DNA of 64,000 bases from Candidatus Aenigmatarchaeota archaeon (GCA_038999725.1 JAWBWS010000003.1:52565-116564), one strand, 5' to 3'. Shown: positions 9,216-19,302, counted from the first letter of the stretch. Notes: a model not told the origin generated them from the sequence alone. Numbers and translations: made by a program.

Positions 9216-10526
9216 ATGATTTCCATGATAGAATTCCAAAGAGTTTGGAACTGGTATTCTCGCGAATCTGTGCTCAAGGCTATTGTTGAGGCTGCAAAAA
9301 ACAGGGAAGTTGTTGCAGTCTATCGTGATGGTATTTTCGGTAAAAGGCCTGACATGCTTCAATACATTCAAGATGTTCTTCAATCGGTGGCCAAAGGTGC
9401 CATATCTTTTCATGGCTCTGTCGAAAGATGGCAACAACCCATGAAACTTGATGTGGGGTTAAGCAAAGCTCAGCTTGATGCCATGAGGATTGGGTGGGAT
9501 GTTTTATTTGATGTTGATGTTGATGTTTTTGAAATTGCCAAAATTACCGTTAAACAACTGATAGAAGCTTTCAAAGACCATGGTGTTTCTAGCTATAGTG
9601 TTAAATTCACGGGGGGCTCTTCTTTCCATGTTGGAATACCTTTTGAAGCCTTACCTGAAAAGATCAATGCTCAACCAACTGCTGCTCAATACCCGGAAAT
9701 CTTGCAGAAAATAATAGAATATGTGAAATGGTACATCAAGGATCAAGTGAAGGAAGAAATCATGGCTTTAGCAAGGCCTGAAGAAATTGCCAGCAGGATA
9801 GGAAAGCCTTTGAAAGAGATAACAGAAAATGGTGAAATTTCTCCATTCAAGATAGTTTCCATGGACGTCTTTGGCTCAAGGCATTTGTTCAGGCTTCCCT
9901 ACAGTTTACATGAAAAAACCCTTAACGTGAGTTTGCCGATAAAACCAGAGCATATAGATAAATTTGAAGTTCATCAAGCTTTGCCAGAAAAAGCCAAAGT
10001 TGAAGAAAAATTTCTTGTGCCAAAATCGAGCTTAAATGATGCAGAAGCTTTGGTTATAGAAGCTTTGGACTGGAGCGCTAAACACTTGCGTGAAATCAAG
10101 GAGGAAATACCAAAAGTGATTACCACCAAAAAGAAAATTAAAACAGTGCCAGAAAATTTCTTCCCCCCTTGCATTAAAAACATCTTACAAGGCTTGAGCG
10201 ATGGAAGAAAAAGAAGCCTTTTCATTCTAACAAATTTCTTGAGAAACATGGGTTGGAGTTTAGAAAAGATAGAAAGCAAGATAACTGAATGGAACTCCAA
10301 AAACATACCCCCTCTAAGGAATAGCTATTTGAGAACTCAGTTGAGGTGGCACTTCAGGCAAGAGAGAAATCTACTGCCACCAAATTGCGATAATGAGAAT
10401 TTTTACAAGGCTATTGGGGTGTGCAAGCCAGATGAAGTGTGCGCAAGCGATGGTGAGATTGTGTTAAAGAATCCTGTCAACTATCCTTTCAAGAAGCTCA
10501 AGACCAAGAAAAAGAAAAGGGTTTAA
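9216..10526 (+). CDS. priSL: Fused DNA primase (PriS catalytic domain + PriL Fe-S C-terminal domain)
   Basis: WDVLFDVD and FTGGSSFHV (AEP motifs); FPPCI...PPNC...C...C...NPVNY (PriL-CTD). Confidence 0.9.
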   Translation: MISMIEFQRVWNWYSRESVLKAIVEAAKNREVVAVYRDGIFGKRPDMLQYIQDVLQSVAKGAISFHGSVERWQQPMKLDVGLSKAQLDAMRIGWDVLFDVDVDVFEIAKITVKQLIEAFKDHGVSSYSVKFTGGSSFHVGIPFEALPEKINAQPTAAQYPEILQKIIEYVKWYIKDQVKEEIMALARPEEIASRIGKPLKEITENGEISPFKIVSMDVFGSRHLFRLPYSLHEKTLNVSLPIKPEHIDKFEVHQALPEKAKVEEKFLVPKSSLNDAEALVIEALDWSAKHLREIKEEIPKVITTKKKIKTVPENFFPPCIKNILQGLSDGRKRSLFILTNFLRNMGWSLEKIESKITEWNSKNIPPLRNSYLRTQLRWHFRQERNLLPPNCDNENFYKAIGVCKPDEVCASDGEIVLKNPVNYPFKKLKTKKKKRV

Positions 10527-10568
10527 ATAATCACTTTTAAGGTTTTATATAAGATTGGTTATAAGCGA

Positions 10569-11126
10569 ATGGGAAAGAAAATGGAAGAAGCAATAACTTT
10601 TGAACTGATAAGGAAGATCCAAAGAGAGGAAGAGAGATCACCAAAACTCTCCAAGCTACCCGAGAATTTTTATCAGAATGTTAAGAATTACCTTCAGCAA
10701 AAAAAGAAGATTCTGGAGAAAATGGAAGATAGGAAAGCTTCAATTGAAATAAAAAATATAGAGAGGTTAGTCGAGGATATCTTCAACAGAAGGGAGAGGA
10801 AGATAGTGACACAAGCTATTAATTCAGCAAGAGTTGGTTTGGTTGTAGAGAATTTAACAGATGAGGAGAAAGAGTTTTTTGAAAAAGTTAGAGATTTGGT
10901 TAAAAATAGGAGGGAAAAAATTTTGAAAGAATTGTTGGAGAAGGAGGAAGAAGAAAAAGAAAGTGTGAGCATGGTTGTTTTCAGGCAAGCTGTTCCTGAA
11001 TTCATTGGCACAGACATGAAGACTTACGGTCCATTTGAGAAAGGTGATATGGCTAAGCTTCCGGAAGAAAATGCTAGGGTTTTGATCGAAAAGGGTTTGG
11101 CAGAAGAGCTCAAAGTTAGCAAATAG
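10569..11126 (+). CDS. gins: GINS complex subunit (Gins15/51)
   Basis: LSKLPENFY, RRERKIV, YGPFEKGD...LP; canonical primase-GINS-L44e-S27e context. Confidence 0.88.
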   Translation: MGKKMEEAITFELIRKIQREEERSPKLSKLPENFYQNVKNYLQQKKKILEKMEDRKASIEIKNIERLVEDIFNRRERKIVTQAINSARVGLVVENLTDEEKEFFEKVRDLVKNRREKILKELLEKEEEEKESVSMVVFRQAVPEFIGTDMKTYGPFEKGDMAKLPEENARVLIEKGLAEELKVSK

Positions 11127-11178
11127 ATTGAAGAATGTAAAGAAAAATTTAAATAGTTTTTTTCTTTACTTAATTGTG

Positions 11179-11409
11179 ATGAGCTTGTCTTCGATTTTGA
11201 ACAAACTGAAAAAAATGGTTGGAAACTCTTTAATTGGGGAAATATCTCTATATTGTGAAATATGTAACAGAGTTGTGATTATTAGTGAGGAAGAAAGAAA
11301 GAAGTTGGGAATATACAATCCTGAAAAAGATCTTAAAATTTTGAGTTGCCCCATCTGCAATGTACCCTATGGTAAAAAGTTTTACCTATACGATTATTCT
11401 AAGGAGTAG
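11179..11409 (+). CDS. Hypothetical Zn-binding protein
   Basis: CEIC...CPIC; own TATA-like TTTAAATA upstream. Confidence 0.55.
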   Translation: MSLSSILNKLKKMVGNSLIGEISLYCEICNRVVIISEEERKKLGIYNPEKDLKILSCPICNVPYGKKFYLYDYSKE

Positions 11410-11538
11410 TTTAAAAATTTAAATTAATGGGAAAAGCGAGAAAGATAATTTAAATTTGTTTAAAGACAAAATAAATTTTGTCTTGATAAAAGAAATAAAC
11501 CCCATAAATTTAAATGAAAAGCATTCAAAGGTATAAAA

Positions 11539-11823
11539 ATGAAATTCCCAAAAGAAATCAGAACTTTTTGCCCATACTGTGGCAAACACACAACACATAC
11601 AATTGAGGTAGCCAAAAGGAGGAAGAAGAGGTCTTTAGCTAGCGGGGAGAGGAGATTTCATAGAGCTATGAAGGGTTATGGCTCTTTCCCCCGTTCAAAT
11701 CCAAGGGGAAGGGAAAAACCAACAAAAAAAATTGATTTGAGGTTCAAATGCAAAGTTTGTGGAAAAGCACACACAAGAGGTAAAGGCTGGAGGGCAAAAA
11801 AATTTGAGTTGGTGAAGGAATGA
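11539..11823 (+). CDS. rpl44e: Ribosomal protein eL42 (L44e)
   Basis: [20 protein letters not shown]. Confidence 0.96.
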   Translation: MKFPKEIRTFCPYCGKHTTHTIEVAKRRKKRSLASGERRFHRAMKGYGSFPRSNPRGREKPTKKIDLRFKCKVCGKAHTRGKGWRAKKFELVKE

Positions 11824-12014
11824 GGAGTAAAAATCTTGTGACTCTACCCAAGAGCAAATTTTTGAGAGTTCTTTGTTTCAAGTGTAAGAATGAGCAAGTA
11901 ATTTTCAGTAAAGCCAGTTCTCTTGTTAAATGCTTGAAGTGTGGAGAGATTTTAGCAGAACCAACTGGTGGGGAGGCTAGAGTTAGGGGAAAGGTTTTGG
12001 AGAGGTTTGGTTAA
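11820..12014 (+). CDS. rps27e: Ribosomal protein eS27
   Basis: [15 protein letters not shown]...C..CG..LAEPTGG. Confidence 0.96.
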   Translation: MRSKNLVTLPKSKFLRVLCFKCKNEQVIFSKASSLVKCLKCGEILAEPTGGEARVRGKVLERFG

Positions 12015-12091
12015 CCCAAGAGGGAAAAGTTTTTAAAACTTCGAAAAAAATAATTTTTTTAGTGTTTAAATAATCTAAATTGGTGATTTAA

Positions 12092-12517
12092 ATGATATGG
12101 GAAGAGGCTTGGGATGAACTTGAAAAGATGAGAAGAAGGATAAACTACCTCATGAGAAGGATGTGGATGCCCTTGGAAGAGGAGCTAGAAGCTTTCAAAA
12201 GTTTTCCTGTTGATGTGAGTGAAACAGAAGACGAGCTTATAGTCAAAGCAGATTTACCAGGATTTGAAAAAAGTGATGTGACAATAAGGGCAACTGAAAA
12301 CAGTTTGGAGATAGAAGCTCAACACAAGGAGAAAAAAATTGAAAAAACAGAAAGGATGTTTAGAACAGAAAGAAGACTTGGTGCCATGAGGAGATTCTTA
12401 ACCTTACCTCTTCCAGTTGACTATGAGAAAGCTAAGGCTGAGATGAAGAACGGTGTGCTCACGGTAAGGCTACCAAAGAAGATAAAGAAGGTGGGAAAAG
12501 AAATAAAAATTGAATAG
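12092..12517 (+). CDS. hsp20: Small heat shock protein Hsp20
   Basis: [22 protein letters not shown]-terminal IKI motif. Confidence 0.95.
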   Translation: MIWEEAWDELEKMRRRINYLMRRMWMPLEEELEAFKSFPVDVSETEDELIVKADLPGFEKSDVTIRATENSLEIEAQHKEKKIEKTERMFRTERRLGAMRRFLTLPLPVDYEKAKAEMKNGVLTVRLPKKIKKVGKEIKIE

Positions 12518-12637
12518 ATGAGAGCTATGGCAGGAGAAAAGGATGAACTGCCAAAGCCTGAAGGAATCTGTAGGTTTTGCAAGAAGCCTATTTACAAGGA
12601 TCTAGCAAAACATGAGCTGATATGCCAGTTCAAGTAA
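12518..12637 (+). CDS. C2HC zinc-finger microprotein (39 aa; not in the ORF track)
   Basis: MRAMAGEKDELPKPEGICRFCKKPIYKDLAKHELICQFK; starts immediately after the hsp20 stop. Confidence 0.55.
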   Translation: MRAMAGEKDELPKPEGICRFCKKPIYKDLAKHELICQFK

Positions 12638-12640
12638 AAA

Positions 12641-13618
12641 CTAGAGGAATAAGTTTGCCACGGTAAAATAAATAGCCAAAGTAGCTATGTCGCTGAGCAA
12701 GGTTGCAAATGGTCCGGCAGCAAAAGCAGGGTCTACACCAGCTTTTTTCAAGATTATTGGTAAGAAGGTTGAGATTGAAGTTCCCATAATTATTCCCAAA
12801 AACATCGAAAAACCAACAACCCAAGCAATGGAAAGGTCTTTTTGCCAGCCCAATATCTCAAAAATTGCTAAGAGTGAGCCACAAATAACTGCAAGGTAAA
12901 GTGCAACCAAAAACTCTCTTTTCACCCACTTCTTAATGGAAAGTTTTGGGTCTAGGGCAAATCCCCTAACTATAAGAGTTTCAGATTGAGTGCCAGCAGC
13001 ATCACTCACATAAACAAGAACTGGTATGAAAGCTGCTAGAACCAAATACTTGCTTAGCATAACTTCAAAAAAGCTAACTATCATGGCAGCCACAACACCA
13101 CCCAAAATGCCTATCAGAAGCCAGGGAATTCTCCTCCTAGCCATTTTTTTAGGGGAATCTTTTAGCGTGTTGAATTCTTGGCCAACCCTGTGGAAAATTC
13201 CACCAAATCTGAAGATATCTTCCCTGACTTCTTGGTTGAAAATTTGAAGTATGGTATCGTAAGGGATTACACCAAGAAAATGCCTCTCCTTATCAACAAC
13301 AGGTATCATCTTTATGCCGTGAGAAAGAGCAAGGTAAACAACCCTTTCTTGATTTGTGAATGGATGAACATAAATCACATCTTTTTTCATCACCTCTTTT
13401 ATCAACTTATTTTTTTTCACTCCATAAAGTTCTTTGATAGAAAGAACACCCTTGAGCACATTTTCCTCATCGACAACATAAATGTAATCAATAGTTGCAA
13501 ACTGCTTTATCTTATTCAAAATCATCTTCCTTACATTGTTTACAGTTTCATCAACTCTCACCACAGGAACTTCTGTGATCATTTGCCTTCCAGCAGTTCC
13601 CACAGGAAACTTCTGCAT
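12641..13618 (-). CDS. mgtE: MgtE magnesium transporter (CBS pair + TM domain)
   Basis: TAGRQM, YIYVVD, RIPWL, GTQS, DPA.AAGPF.T..SD. Confidence 0.93.
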   Translation of the reverse strand: MQKFPVGTAGRQMITEVPVVRVDETVNNVRKMILNKIKQFATIDYIYVVDEENVLKGVLSIKELYGVKKNKLIKEVMKKDVIYVHPFTNQERVVYLALSHGIKMIPVVDKERHFLGVIPYDTILQIFNQEVREDIFRFGGIFHRVGQEFNTLKDSPKKMARRRIPWLLIGILGGVVAAMIVSFFEVMLSKYLVLAAFIPVLVYVSDAAGTQSETLIVRGFALDPKLSIKKWVKREFLVALYLAVICGSLLAIFEILGWQKDLSIAWVVGFSMFLGIIMGTSISTFLPIILKKAGVDPAFAAGPFATLLSDIATLAIYFTVANLFL

Positions 13619-13648
13619 AATAAAAAATTGTTTTTGTGTGATTAAAAA

Positions 13649-14677
13649 TTAGGGTGTGAAGTTTATTCCCTCAACCTCTATTCTTCTATTGATTTTGTCA
13701 ACTGAAAACTTGCATCCAAGTATTTTTTCACAAACAAAAATGTTTGAGATGCAATGCTGAGTTATTTCTTCTACTGTTACAAGAGATTTGCCGTGTGCTA
13801 AAGCTAAAAATGGAATTATTTGGTCTGCCATGAATTTATCCAAAGCTGCTTTAGATTGAATTGATTTCATTAAATCTTGGGCTGCAGTTCTTCCTATATC
13901 TTCAGCTCTCACTCCTCTTTTACCCAAATTATCTACCCCAAGAATGGAGTTTTCAGTTTCAGCCCAAAGGGTTATGGAAGTACCTTGAGAATAAGTTGCA
14001 ACTGAAAAATGTTGGATTTGAACATTTTCGGTTATCTTGCTTAAAACCTGTTTTGCAGCTTCAGCCTGTCTCAAAGCAACTGATTCAGGCAAGCTACCAG
14101 CTATGGAAATTCCTTTGATTGCTAAAATCTTTCCAGGATCTGTTAAGTTTACAGAGGTTAAAAGCTTGATTGGGGTAAAAGTTATTCTAACTCTTCCCCC
14201 TCCCCTGGGGTAAAAACCTTGCTTCAAAATTTCAATTTCTGGTAATGGAAGGCCAAGCTTGTTTAAAATTGGGAATGTAACAAATTTGGTGAATTCTATT
14301 GTCGGTGATCCTAGACCGGCTGTCCCACCAATTATCTCAAGTGTGACTTTTTTGTTCGCAAAAACGAGCATTGGAGTAAGAGTCTGTAGAAGCAAAGAAA
14401 TGCTGCCAGCAGTACCTATGTCTATGGTTTTATCTTTAACGTCAAACTTTTTTGGTCTGAACTCAACCTCCATAGATCCATATTCAAGACCTGAAACTTC
14501 TGCGTCACAAAATTCAGCGGCTATTTTTATTCCTGTTAGATGTTGGGGCATCAAGCCTGGTTTTGGTCTTGTAGCACGAATGTTTATTACTCTTACTGGC
14601 TTGAGTGTTAGAGCAGATAAAGCTATTGAAGTTCTCAAAACTTGGCCCCAACCTTCTGCTCCATCAATCAAGATCAT
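13649..14677 (-). CDS. rtcA: RNA 3'-terminal phosphate cyclase
   Basis: GQVLRT, NIRATRPKPGL..QH, GFYPRGGG, ADQ, TQH. Confidence 0.95.
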   Translation of the reverse strand: MILIDGAEGWGQVLRTSIALSALTLKPVRVINIRATRPKPGLMPQHLTGIKIAAEFCDAEVSGLEYGSMEVEFRPKKFDVKDKTIDIGTAGSISLLLQTLTPMLVFANKKVTLEIIGGTAGLGSPTIEFTKFVTFPILNKLGLPLPEIEILKQGFYPRGGGRVRITFTPIKLLTSVNLTDPGKILAIKGISIAGSLPESVALRQAEAAKQVLSKITENVQIQHFSVATYSQGTSITLWAETENSILGVDNLGKRGVRAEDIGRTAAQDLMKSIQSKAALDKFMADQIIPFLALAHGKSLVTVEEITQHCISNIFVCEKILGCKFSVDKINRRIEVEGINFTP

Positions 14678-14738
14678 TTTAACCTAAAATCTTTTTAGAT
14701 TTGAATCTCTAAAAACTTCCGATTGTGGCAACAAGCGC

Positions 14739-15923
14739 TTAAACCTTTTTTGAAATTTTTTCCTCAATTCTTATCATCTCATTCAACTTAATTACCCTTT
14801 CACCAGAAATTCCAAACTTCACATAATCACAACCTAAACCAACAGCAAGGTGAGCTATCAAAACATCTTCAGTTTCTCCTGAGCGATGGGAAAATATTGT
14901 GACAATTTTGTTTTCTTTCGCTAGCTCAACAACCTTCATCACATCGCTTATAGTTCCAGCTTGGCTAGGTTTAACTATCATCGCATTTGATGCCTTGAGT
15001 TCCAAACCATCTTTCAACCTCTTTAGATTTGTTGCAAATAAATCATCAGCCACTATAAGCTTGTTTGGTAGCATGCTTGTTAGCACAGCAAAAGAAACAA
15101 AATCTTCTTCCATGAAGGGGTCTTCTATGTAGCTTATGGGATATTCTCTAGCCAAATCTTGCATTAACTTAAGCTGCTCAATTTTGCTTAAGATTTTGTT
15201 TGAATAGCGATAAATATAATATTCTTTACCATCCCAAAGTTGAGAAGCAGCAACATCAATACCAATCCTCAATAAATTTTCATTTGCAATTTTTTTCAAA
15301 ATGTTCAGGAGTTCGATGAAGTTTAAGCTGGTGATCCAGCCAGATTCCCAATTTCTACCGTATGCAAAAGTTGGGTCAGCCAGCTTCAAAGCTTTTCCCA
15401 AATCAAGGTAAGCTTGAGAAATTTTTGAAATTGATTCAAAAAAAGAATTTTGATGAACAGGCAAAAGCAAGAATTCTTGGATGTCGCTCCTGTTCTCTTT
15501 CCAACCACCAACAACATTGCAAACAGGTTTGGGCATCTTCAACTCGGTTTTGGTAAGAGTTGCCAAATATTCGAAAACTTCTAGACCTTCATTCAAGGCA
15601 AAAGCTTTGAGGAAAGCTGAAGAAATAGCTAAAGCCAAGTTGCCACCAATTTCCTTGAACTCAGGAGTCTTGTCTATTGTTCTTAACAGTTCATCAACAT
15701 CTTCTTGATTTTTGAATTCTTCATTGACGAAGCTCTTCCTAATCAAGTTGAACTTGTCTATCACCTCTTCTACTGGCAAGTAAATAACTTCATGCTTTCC
15801 CCTGCTTGTGCCGATTGGAACCGAAGCCCTTACTTTGCCTTTTTCAGTTTCAATTTCAATTTCAATTGTTTTCTTGGAGTTTGTGGCAAAAATTTGCCTC
15901 ATTTCAAGCCTTCTTGCTATCAT
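14739..15923 (-). CDS. eno: Enolase (divergent)
   Basis: IGGN, IQEF, DVAAS, IEDP, DDL, VKPSQ, SHRSGET. Confidence 0.9.
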   Translation of the reverse strand: MIARRLEMRQIFATNSKKTIEIEIETEKGKVRASVPIGTSRGKHEVIYLPVEEVIDKFNLIRKSFVNEEFKNQEDVDELLRTIDKTPEFKEIGGNLALAISSAFLKAFALNEGLEVFEYLATLTKTELKMPKPVCNVVGGWKENRSDIQEFLLLPVHQNSFFESISKISQAYLDLGKALKLADPTFAYGRNWESGWITSLNFIELLNILKKIANENLLRIGIDVAASQLWDGKEYYIYRYSNKILSKIEQLKLMQDLAREYPISYIEDPFMEEDFVSFAVLTSMLPNKLIVADDLFATNLKRLKDGLELKASNAMIVKPSQAGTISDVMKVVELAKENKIVTIFSHRSGETEDVLIAHLAVGLGCDYVKFGISGERVIKLNEMIRIEEKISKKV

Positions 15924-16090
15924 TAATTAGAATTTGTATTGAGCGATAATTAAGTTATATTTAAAACTGCTTTTTAAAGAAAATGGCAACATGGCTATAG
16001 GAAGAAGAACTTATGATTATGCTTCTATGGAAAAAAAAATGTGTATGATGAAAAAGGGTATAGCTTTCATCAAAAAGATATCATATCTTC

Positions 16091-17326
16091 TCATCTACCA
16101 AAAACAATCTTCCAAAGCTTCTTGCCATTTATCAGCTTAAGCTTCCCTTTCTTCACAGAAAGCTCATCAAACTTTTGCACTTCATCTCTACCTTTTCCAT
16201 AAATTAGAATAGGTACTGCTCCAAACTCATGCTTCCTTGTTTTGCAAGAAGTTATATGGTCAGAAGTTATTATCAAGATGCCATTGAAATCTTTCAATCT
16301 TCCAAGATAATCGTCTATTCTCTCTATAACTTTCTGTTTTCTGAAGAAGTCACCATCGTGGGCAGGTTCATCAGGACCTTTAATGTGAGCGTAGACAAAA
16401 TCATATTCTGCCAAAGCAGTTTCTATGTTGTCAAAAATGAATCTCAAGGTTTGCTCGAAATTCAGCTCAGGCACGGTTATTGCATCAAAGCCCGCAAGCA
16501 TACAACTACCCTTCATCACCCCATTTTCTGCAATACAAACGGCTTTTGGAATTTTGTATTTCTTGAGAAAGCTTTTTATTGCTGGAAGCTTATTACCAGC
16601 TTCTCTTGTAACTATATAATTTGCCGGTGGCAAACCCTGTTTGATTCTTTGTTCATTTGCTGGATGAAACTCAATAACCTGCCTAGCCTTTTCTATGAAA
16701 TCTTGAACAAGTTGAGCAGACCTCTCAGCTTCAGGAGAAAATGCCTCAACCTTCTTCACCTTTTCCCAGTCGAAGTAAGGGTCACTATCGCTAATTTTAT
16801 CACTCAGTTTCTCTTTCAAAATTAAAACAGCCCTATGGCCATAAGTGCGCATGAATATATGGTCAACATCAAGCTTAATATGCTCGTTCATGTACCTTGC
16901 GATTTCGTCCAAACCTTGAGAATTTCTCCCAACCCTTCTGTCCAACACTTTAAATTCATTGTCCACGGTTACAAAATTACATCTTAAAGCAAGCCAGCCT
17001 TGTTGATAAGGGATGTTTGCACCAATAGCTTCTATGGGCCCCCTTCTCGTCTCTTCAGGCCTTAGATCATATCCCAAAAGGGAGAAATTGGCTAAATGGC
17101 TTGCACTTGTCCTTATAGCCTCATTCCACCATTTCTTCTCTATCGGTAATATTTCCCCACATACACCATTTTTTGCAAAAAAATCGAAGTTTGGTTTGTG
17201 AGCCGCGGCCAAGGGAGTTTTTGCTTCTGGCAAATCTGGTAAACCATCTATTACGAGAAATATTACTTTCCTTTTAACTCTAGCTACCCCAGTTTTAGCC
17301 CTTTTAACCTTCTTTTTTCTAGGCAT
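16091..17326 (-). CDS. apgM: Cofactor-independent phosphoglycerate mutase, archaeal type
   Basis: IDGLPD, TPL, GYD, RGPIEA, HIKGPD..HDG, TSDH. Confidence 0.9.
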   Translation of the reverse strand: MPRKKKVKRAKTGVARVKRKVIFLVIDGLPDLPEAKTPLAAAHKPNFDFFAKNGVCGEILPIEKKWWNEAIRTSASHLANFSLLGYDLRPEETRRGPIEAIGANIPYQQGWLALRCNFVTVDNEFKVLDRRVGRNSQGLDEIARYMNEHIKLDVDHIFMRTYGHRAVLILKEKLSDKISDSDPYFDWEKVKKVEAFSPEAERSAQLVQDFIEKARQVIEFHPANEQRIKQGLPPANYIVTREAGNKLPAIKSFLKKYKIPKAVCIAENGVMKGSCMLAGFDAITVPELNFEQTLRFIFDNIETALAEYDFVYAHIKGPDEPAHDGDFFRKQKVIERIDDYLGRLKDFNGILIITSDHITSCKTRKHEFGAVPILIYGKGRDEVQKFDELSVKKGKLKLINGKKLWKIVFGR

Positions 17327-17395
17327 TAATTAAAATAGGGGAATGAAAGAAAATAAGTTTTTCATTTAAGAGAAATTGTAAAAAGCTCATGAATT

Positions 17396-17689
17396 TTACA
17401 AGCCTTCTCCAATTTTTCCATAAATTTCATTCAGCACTTTTTCAGCATATTCGACCAATTTCTTTGAAAGTCTTGCCTTGGCCAAAAGAAGCTTTCTCTT
17501 GAAAAGTGGGTCGCCTCCTTTAATTTGTTCGGCAGCAAAAAGTGTGATGAAAGCTGAGTGAAGCTCAAGCCAGAAGAAAGCTTTCTCTAGGAATTTTTTG
17601 CTTTCATCTTTCTTCGGGGTTGAAAGAGCTAAGGCTTTCCATTTCTCATAATTTTCGACACACATTGAAATTTCTTCTTTAAAATCCAT
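17396..17689 (-). CDS. Hypothetical helical protein
   Basis: 97-aa ORF overlapping the upstream ORF by 11 nt. Confidence 0.65.
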   Translation of the reverse strand: MDFKEEISMCVENYEKWKALALSTPKKDESKKFLEKAFFWLELHSAFITLFAAEQIKGGDPLFKRKLLLAKARLSKKLVEYAEKVLNEIYGKIGEGL

Positions 17690-17921
17690 ATTCCTTCAAC
17701 CCCATTTTAACATATTTCTCTATCTCCTCAAGACATCTCTCATGATTTCTTAATTCTCCCTCACTAACTCTAGGTGGATAGGGTAATTTTGAGTATATGC
17801 GCTTGAGGAAGTAAAATTGGGTAAGTAAATCAGGAGGAAGGGATGAAAGCTGTTTTCCATACTCTCTTTCAATCCTGTATATCCTTTTTATTATTTCCCA
17901 CACCTTCCCAATAACCCCCAT
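17679..17921 (-). CDS. Hypothetical protein
   Basis: 80-aa ORF with AGGTGA RBS upstream. Confidence 0.6.
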   Translation of the reverse strand: MGVIGKVWEIIKRIYRIEREYGKQLSSLPPDLLTQFYFLKRIYSKLPYPPRVSEGELRNHERCLEEIEKYVKMGLKEYGF

Positions 17922-18036
17922 TTTACTATCACCTTACAGTAGTTACTATATCCTTACTAATATTTAAGCGTTACTATCTTTCAGTAGCGAAATCTTTATA
18001 TATAGGAAAGAAACTTAAAGAAAAACACCAATTGCT

Positions 18037-19302
18037 TTACTGAACAACAAAAGTTCTATTGTTTGCTAGAGGGGCAACAGCATCAAAACCCCTTTCTCTC
18101 AACTCATTCGCAAATTCTTCTGTGTGGTCGCCGTGGATACAAAAAACTTTCTCCGGATTAAGCTTCTCTACAAACTCAAAAAGTTCGCTTCTGCCAGCGT
18201 GTGCAGAAAAGTCCAGGCGCTTAACAAACATCTTAACTTCCAAATCCAAATCCTTTGTTATAAGTCTTCCTGTTTCAAGCAATATTCTACCAGGGGTGTC
18301 CTCAAGTTGCCATCCTGTAAGCACGAGGCTAGACCTTCTGTCAGCATAAAGTCTCTTGAGGTACCAAATAACAGGACCACCCATCAACATGCCACTAGTT
18401 GTTAAAATAACTCCAGGCTTCTTTAGAACCCTCTTTCTAGATATTTCAGATCCCACATACTCAACCTTTTCTAAAGCTTTATCCAAGCTTTCAGGCTCTT
18501 TCAAAAATTGTTTATGCTGATTGATTATTGTTGTAGCTTTCTTTGCCATACCATCAAGATAAATAGAATAATCAACTCCATATTTATCAAGTACAACTAA
18601 AATTTCTTGTAACCTTCCCACAGCAAAGCCTGCTATCAAGCAGTGACCATCCACACTTAAGGTTTCTTCAATGATTTTCACAAGTTCTTTTTCTTGCAAC
18701 TTTCTCTCAGGATGTTCTCGATTAGAATAAGTGCTTTCAATTATCAGGTAATCAACCCTAGGTAAGTTTAAGTCGGCCCTTTTAAGAAGTCTTGTGTCTG
18801 TTGTTTTTAAATCTCCTGTGTAAAGAAGGTTTTTGTCTCCCAACCTCAATAAAATCATGGCACTTCCAGGAACATGGCCTGCGTCAAAGAACGTGAATTT
18901 AATTGAACGAAATTTAAATTCTTGCCTGTAAGGAATAAGGACAAAGTTTTTTATTGTTTTTTCCACATCTCTCTTCTTGAAAGGTAAACTAACACCTTCC
19001 TCGTGGCTTACTTTCAATGAGTCTAGAAGCAAAAGTTCTGTTAACGGTTTTGTAACATTTGTGGAGTAAATTGGGCAATCTTTACCATTGGCAGAAAAAA
19101 TTGCAATCGCACCAGAATGGTCTAAATGGCAGTGGGAAAGCAAAATTGCGTCAGGCTTGCCTTGAATCGGGATTGGAAAAGTTGGTGGCACTTCCCTTAT
19201 CCTTGTTCCATAATCAAGAAGTATTTTCTCTATTCCATTGTCAACTAAAATTCCAGAACATCCAACAGTTTGCATCGCCCCAAGGAAACTTAACTGAATC
19301 AT
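18037..19302 (-). CDS. MBL-fold beta-CASP ribonuclease (aCPSF-like)
   Basis: LSHCHLDHSG, AGHVPG, YTGD, ESTY, FSAHA, IHGD. Confidence 0.93.
   Translation of the reverse strand: MIQLSFLGAMQTVGCSGILVDNGIEKILLDYGTRIREVPPTFPIPIQGKPDAILLSHCHLDHSGAIAIFSANGKDCPIYSTNVTKPLTELLLLDSLKVSHEEGVSLPFKKRDVEKTIKNFVLIPYRQEFKFRSIKFTFFDAGHVPGSAMILLRLGDKNLLYTGDLKTTDTRLLKRADLNLPRVDYLIIESTYSNREHPERKLQEKELVKIIEETLSVDGHCLIAGFAVGRLQEILVVLDKYGVDYSIYLDGMAKKATTIINQHKQFLKEPESLDKALEKVEYVGSEISRKRVLKKPGVILTTSGMLMGGPVIWYLKRLYADRRSSLVLTGWQLEDTPGRILLETGRLITKDLDLEVKMFVKRLDFSAHAGRSELFEFVEKLNPEKVFCIHGDHTEEFANELRERGFDAVAPLANNRTFVVQ

Noticed and set aside
13649..14677. RtcA apparently lacking a His in DKFMADQ
   Set aside because: The adenylated His lies downstream (EITQH) and is present
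15960..16090. Possible small ORF or relic between eno and apgM
   Set aside because: No recognisable motif in the plus-strand frames I translated
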